In this document: positions 51,012 to 55,367 of the stretch, one piece after another
How the letters are laid out: every line of letters starts with the position of its first letter
Numbering within the stretch: position 1 is the stretch's first letter
Source of the DNA: a virus
Strand: one strand, 5' to 3'
IMG/VR virus record: IMGVR_UViG_3300020169_000001
Length of the DNA stretch: 55,367 nucleotides
The notes under the pieces: model-generated
Database searches by the model: none
What the model saw: only the letters and a program-made list of their open reading frames with translations
Told to the model about the DNA's origin: nothing
Position numbers and translations under genes: made by a program

Positions 51012-53141
51012 ATGGCAGAACAAGAAGAAATGTTTGAAACAGATGAAGTCGTAGCTGCTGAAGACAGTACGGACAGTATCTTTGAAACTAAGTCTAGTGT
51101 AGTTGCTTTTGTAGCTGAGCGCTATAAACGTGCAGAAGATGCTAGGTTTGCAGATGAAGAGCGGTGGCTAAAAGCCTATCGTAACTATCGTGGTTTGTAT
51201 GGTAAGGACGTACAGTTCACAGACACAGAGAAGTCACGTGTGTTTGTTAAAGTCACTAAGACTAAGACCCTTGCAGCGTATGGACAGATTGTTGATGTAC
51301 TATTTGGTAACAACAAGTTTCCTTTATCTGTTAATCCCTCTGTATTACCTGACGGTGTTGCAGAGTCTGTACATATCAACGTAGATCCTAACGCTGCAGC
51401 AGCAGGAGATGCGTTACGGCCTATTACTGAGCAAAAACCCGCTGCACCCTACTTACTGGATGGTGTTACAGAGCTTAAACCTGGAGCTACGTTATCAGAA
51501 TTAGCTAATCGTCTAGGCCCACTAGAAGATAAACTTTCAGCTGTATCTGATAAGGTAGTTGAGGGTGACGGTACTACTCCTACCACAGTAACATTCCATC
51601 CTGCTATGATTGCAGCTAAGAAGATGGAAAAGAAGATCCACGATCAGCTTCAAGAGTCTGGTGCTTCTGTACATCTACGCTCTATGGCATTTGAGATGTC
51701 TCTACTTGGAACGGGTGTCATGAAGGGTCCGTTTGCTGTAGATAAAGAGTATCCTAACTGGAACGGTGAAGGTGAGTATGAACCTCTCGTAAAGACTGTG
51801 CCAGAATGTAGCCATGTTTCTGTTTGGGACTTCTACCCTGACCCCGAAGCTAAGTCTATGAATGATGCTGAGTATGTGGTAGAACGTCATAAGATGTCAC
51901 GTACTCAATTACGTGCTCTTAAGAACCGCCCATACTTTATGTCTGACTCAATTAGCTTAGCTATTGATAAAGGCCCAGACTACATTCAGAAGTACTGGGA
52001 GATGACTATGGAGGATGACGATACACAGCCGTCCTCTGAGCGTTGGGAAGTACTAGAGTTCTGGGGCTTTGTAGATACGGATGTTCTGGAAGAGCATGGT
52101 GTAGCTATTCCTAAAGCTCTACGAGATCTTGATGAGGTTAACTGTAACGTATGGGTATGTAACGGTGAGGTACTACGCTTCGTACTTAACCCATTCAAAC
52201 CTACACGTATTCCTTACTACGCTGTACCCTATGAGCATAATCCTTACTCCTTCTTTGGTGTAGGCATTGCTGAGAACATGGACGATACACAGACGTTGAT
52301 GAATGGCTTTATGCGTATGGCTATTGACAACGCTGCACTATCGGGTAATCTTATCATTGAAGTAGATGAGACTAACCTTGTACCAGGTCAAGACTTATCT
52401 GTGTACCCAGGCAAGGTGTTCCGGCGTCAGGGCGGTGCCCCGGGGCAAGGAATCTTCGGCACCAAGTTCCCTAACGTAGCACAAGAGAACATGCAACTCT
52501 TTGATAAAGCACGAGTACTAGCAGATGAAAGTACTGGATTCCCTAGTTTCGCTCATGGACAAACCGGAGTATCTGGCGTTGGGCGTACAGCTTCTGGTAT
52601 TTCTATGCTTATGTCTGCTGCTAACGGTTCTATTAGGACGGTAGTTAAGAACGTTGATGACTACTTGCTTCGCCCACTTGGTAAAGCTTTCTTCTCATTC
52701 AACATGCAGTTTGACTTTGATGACCAGATTCGTGGTGACTTAGAGGTACATGCCTCTGGTACAGAGAGCCTCATGGCTAACGAAGTACGGTCACAGCGTT
52801 TGATGCAGTTCTTGCAGGTTGCACAGAACCCAGTACTAGCTCCCTTCGCTAAGATGGACTACATCATTCGTGAGATTGCTAAGTCTATGGACCTTGACCC
52901 AGACAAAGTGACTAACTCTATGCAGGACGCATCTATCCAAGCTGAGATCCTAAAAGGCTTTCAGGCTCCCGTACAGCCCCCTGCAGGGCTGGAAGGTGTA
53001 AACATGCCCCAAGGTGGCCCAGCACCAGAAGGACAGGCTCCACAGGGCGTACAGGACACCTCAGGTGGCGGTGGCTCTCAGATAGGCGTAGGTACAGCAC
53101 CAACACCTGGTGAGCAAGGGTTTAGCGGTAATGTCGCTTAA
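51012..53141 (+). CDS. portal protein
   Basis: 709 aa immediately after, and overlapping, terL. The C-terminus is low-complexity and P/G/Q-rich. The call rests on position and size. Confidence 0.65.
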   Translation: MAEQEEMFETDEVVAAEDSTDSIFETKSSVVAFVAERYKRAEDARFADEERWLKAYRNYRGLYGKDVQFTDTEKSRVFVKVTKTKTLAAYGQIVDVLFGNNKFPLSVNPSVLPDGVAESVHINVDPNAAAAGDALRPITEQKPAAPYLLDGVTELKPGATLSELANRLGPLEDKLSAVSDKVVEGDGTTPTTVTFHPAMIAAKKMEKKIHDQLQESGASVHLRSMAFEMSLLGTGVMKGPFAVDKEYPNWNGEGEYEPLVKTVPECSHVSVWDFYPDPEAKSMNDAEYVVERHKMSRTQLRALKNRPYFMSDSISLAIDKGPDYIQKYWEMTMEDDDTQPSSERWEVLEFWGFVDTDVLEEHGVAIPKALRDLDEVNCNVWVCNGEVLRFVLNPFKPTRIPYYAVPYEHNPYSFFGVGIAENMDDTQTLMNGFMRMAIDNAALSGNLIIEVDETNLVPGQDLSVYPGKVFRRQGGAPGQGIFGTKFPNVAQENMQLFDKARVLADESTGFPSFAHGQTGVSGVGRTASGISMLMSAANGSIRTVVKNVDDYLLRPLGKAFFSFNMQFDFDDQIRGDLEVHASGTESLMANEVRSQRLMQFLQVAQNPVLAPFAKMDYIIREIAKSMDLDPDKVTNSMQDASIQAEILKGFQAPVQPPAGLEGVNMPQGGPAPEGQAPQGVQDTSGGGGSQIGVGTAPTPGEQGFSGNVA

Positions 53142-53319
53142 GAAGCTAGTTAACGATAAACAGATATGGGATGCGTTCATTGAGGAGCTTGATGGGTGCA
53201 TCTCTTCCACACATAGAAGTATGGAAAACATCTCTGATACTGCAGAGTTATATCGACATCAGGGTGCTATCAAAGCGCTGAGACAACTAAAGTACTTGAG
53301 GGACAAAGTGAATGGCTGA
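53131..53319 (+). CDS. small helical protein following portal
   Basis: 62 aa from ATG 53131, which overlaps the portal stop. Its own stop overlaps the next ATG. Confidence 0.4.
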   Translation: MSLKKLVNDKQIWDAFIEELDGCISSTHRSMENISDTAELYRHQGAIKALRQLKYLRDKVNG

Positions 53320-55367
53320 CTATCGTAAACGCCTCATTGATATGACAGACGAAGAACGTGCAGCAGTAGCACCAGGCGCTCCTAGTTTTGATGAGCGGTA
53401 CGAGAACGTAGGTGATCCTCTAAGTGTTCAGATGATGGAAGCTGGACTAGACTTTACTCCTGTAGGTACTGTCAAAGGCATCTCCGATATTAAAGATGAG
53501 CTTAGTAGCGATGACCCTAACTACTTAAAAGCTATAGGTATGGGTGCAGTTGAGGCAGCTAGTATTATTCCTGGAGCTGCACCTGTTCTTAAGGGTATGT
53601 TACGTAAAGGCGATGCCTTAACTGCCGCAAGCAAACAGGCTGACGTAGACCAAGCCGCTGCTATTCTTGATAGTTCTGATGAATTAAAGAGATGGCAGGA
53701 AGCTAACAAGATACCAGAGAATAAACGACAGTCTAATACAGAGACAGCCCAAGCAGCAGCAGAAGATCTATATCAAGGGAATATAACATCTAAGGAAGCT
53801 AGGCAAATAATTAAAGAAGACCTCCCTATAACTTCTTTGTATACAGCAGAGTCTATGCCTAATATGCCTACTGTTACTGAGGTTGCGGGTTCTCTAGGGA
53901 AGAAGGTACAAAAGACTGGTGTTGTGGGTGTAAAGGGTTTTGAAATACCTGCAGGCACTCGTGTAGGCTCTAGGTTAGATATTCCTGCGTACAACAACTA
54001 CGACACCTGGGTCGTATCTATTCATGATGGTAAAAACGACACTAAAGGTTCTGTGCTAGGTTATGGTCAGGCTGTTCGCCTTAAGAACATTAAGTTTGGG
54101 TCTGAATCTAAGGAAGCACTAAACATAGCTAGGGGTAAACGTACTACAACTAAAGGTGAAGAGAAGCCTATGGGTAAGGCTACTATTGCTCGTGTGTATG
54201 GTGACTACGTTCCAGAAGACCCTTATGTCTTACAAGAACAAGCACGTAATCTTTTATCTGACCCTGAGTGGACACAAGTAGGTATGAACCCTTACAGGCA
54301 GAGTAATTTCTATGATAAGAATACTGGTCTTCCCGTTTTTGAGGCTGATGAGGTTATTCAGGTAGGGCCATTAGTATTGGCTAAGGGCGTAAAGAAACCC
54401 ACTAAAACACAACTAAAAGAGCTTGCTGTTAGAACTAAAGATGGCAAACTTAGATTATTCAACGAGGGCGGAGCAGTAATGGATGAACAAATGGAAATGG
54501 CCTTCGCAGAAGGTGAACGTGTAGACCCTGTGTCAGGCAATGAAGTCCCTACAGGCTCTATGCCAGAAGAAGTACGTGATGACATCCCTGCTCAACTGAG
54601 TGAAGGTGAGTATGTTGTACCTGCTGATGTGGTACGCTTCTTTGGCGTTAAGTTCTTTGAGGACATCCGTAATGAAGCCAAGCGAGGCTTTGCTGATATG
54701 GAAGCTAATGGACGCATCGGTGGTGAGCCTATCGGTATGGAGATGGCTGAAGACGAGCTTCCCTTTGACATCTCAGAGCTACAGATTGTCGATGATGAAA
54801 CAGAAGAGCAACCTATGATGAACATGGGTGGTTATATGCGTGGTTATGCTGATGGCGGTTTAACTCTCCCTTCGGCTGTAACTGACATGACTGAATCTAC
54901 TGGTATACCTACGCCAGTAGCTAATCTTAGTGGTATTGAAATGAAAGAGTACGTTGGTCCTAACGGAGAGATAACGTATATTCAATTTATTAATGGTGTA
55001 GCACAGTCTGTTATTCCAGAAGGTTATACAGCTAAGGCAGCTGCACCTACTACCCCTGCTGCACCTGCCGTACCTGAAGGACTGGGTGTAGTAACTGCAC
55101 CAGATGACAATAACAATACTGCTCATGAAGATATGATGCGTGAAGCTCAAGAACGTGAGTCTATTGATTGGACTAGCCCTGACGTAGGTATTGAACAGTA
55201 TGAAAAAACAATGGAGCAAAGCAATAGCCTGTTAGCTAAGGGCTTCTCTGGACTAGCCACAGTATTAGGCGGTCCTATTGTAGCTGGCTTTATGGCTGTT
55301 GCTAAGCGTCATCAAAACAAAAAGATGATTGAGGGTGCTACTGCTAGACTAGAAGACCCTAACGTAA
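53312..55367 (+). CDS. 5' part of the ~854-aa virion-associated protein (runs off the window end and continues at 119..627)
   Basis: The frame is open from ATG 53312 to the window end and is absent from the ORF track because no stop is reached. It contains SEGEYVVPADVVRFFG and GGYMRGYADGG motifs. It lies between portal and scaffold. Confidence 0.75.
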   Translation, partial: MADYRKRLIDMTDEERAAVAPGAPSFDERYENVGDPLSVQMMEAGLDFTPVGTVKGISDIKDELSSDDPNYLKAIGMGAVEAASIIPGAAPVLKGMLRKGDALTAASKQADVDQAAAILDSSDELKRWQEANKIPENKRQSNTETAQAAAEDLYQGNITSKEARQIIKEDLPITSLYTAESMPNMPTVTEVAGSLGKKVQKTGVVGVKGFEIPAGTRVGSRLDIPAYNNYDTWVVSIHDGKNDTKGSVLGYGQAVRLKNIKFGSESKEALNIARGKRTTTKGEEKPMGKATIARVYGDYVPEDPYVLQEQARNLLSDPEWTQVGMNPYRQSNFYDKNTGLPVFEADEVIQVGPLVLAKGVKKPTKTQLKELAVRTKDGKLRLFNEGGAVMDEQMEMAFAEGERVDPVSGNEVPTGSMPEEVRDDIPAQLSEGEYVVPADVVRFFGVKFFEDIRNEAKRGFADMEANGRIGGEPIGMEMAEDELPFDISELQIVDDETEEQPMMNMGGYMRGYADGGLTLPSAVTDMTESTGIPTPVANLSGIEMKEYVGPNGEITYIQFINGVAQSVIPEGYTAKAAAPTTPAAPAVPEGLGVVTAPDDNNNTAHEDMMREAQERESIDWTSPDVGIEQYEKTMEQSNSLLAKGFSGLATVLGGPIVAGFMAVAKRHQNKKMIEGATARLEDPNV
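55250..55367. repeat. End overlap: exact copy of 1-118
   Basis: Same as above. Confidence 0.95.

Overview
The window is a complete, circularly closed genome of a tailed dsDNA phage. Bases 1-118 are identical to 55250-55367, which leaves about 55.25 kb of unique sequence. The replication genes are T7-supergroup-like: a family A DNA polymerase, separate primase and DnaB-like helicase, T7-type endonuclease I, and an SSB with an acidic tail. I found no phage RNA polymerase. From memory, this resembles the marine RNAP-less podoviruses (HMO-2011 / SIO1 / VpV262 type), and that needs a database search to confirm. Layout: a roughly 1-kb non-coding control region (43937-44969) is packed with palindromes and iterons. 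Two arms diverge from it. The leftward arm (minus strand, 43936 down to 25527) carries many tiny translationally coupled early ORFs and an orphan C5 cytosine methyltransferase. It also carries a tyrosine integrase, the replication and recombination genes, and a nucleotide-metabolism set (ThyX, RNR, glutaredoxin, MazG, PhoH). The rightward arm (plus strand, 44970 through the window junction to 25491) carries small basic proteins, a DUF1127-like peptide and a cluster of exported proteins. It then runs through terS-like, terL and portal genes, a large protein gene that spans the junction, scaffold, capsid, at least five fibre-like genes, and large internal virion proteins. The arms converge on a hairpin terminator at 25500-25526. 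Observations most worth follow-up: (1) a 139-codon ORF with no canonical start codon between the terS-like gene and terL; (2) a DnaJ-type zinc finger inserted in the DNA polymerase; (3) the control-region repeat architecture and a recurring TTGACA-N15-ATAAAACTATA element; (4) an overlapping cluster of Sec-exported proteins in a genome where I see no free endolysin; (5) fibre genes built from near-identical nucleotide repeats; (6) an early island of acidic mini-proteins around the methyltransferase. No tRNA, rRNA or CRISPR array was seen. All functional calls come from motif recognition by eye, with no database search.
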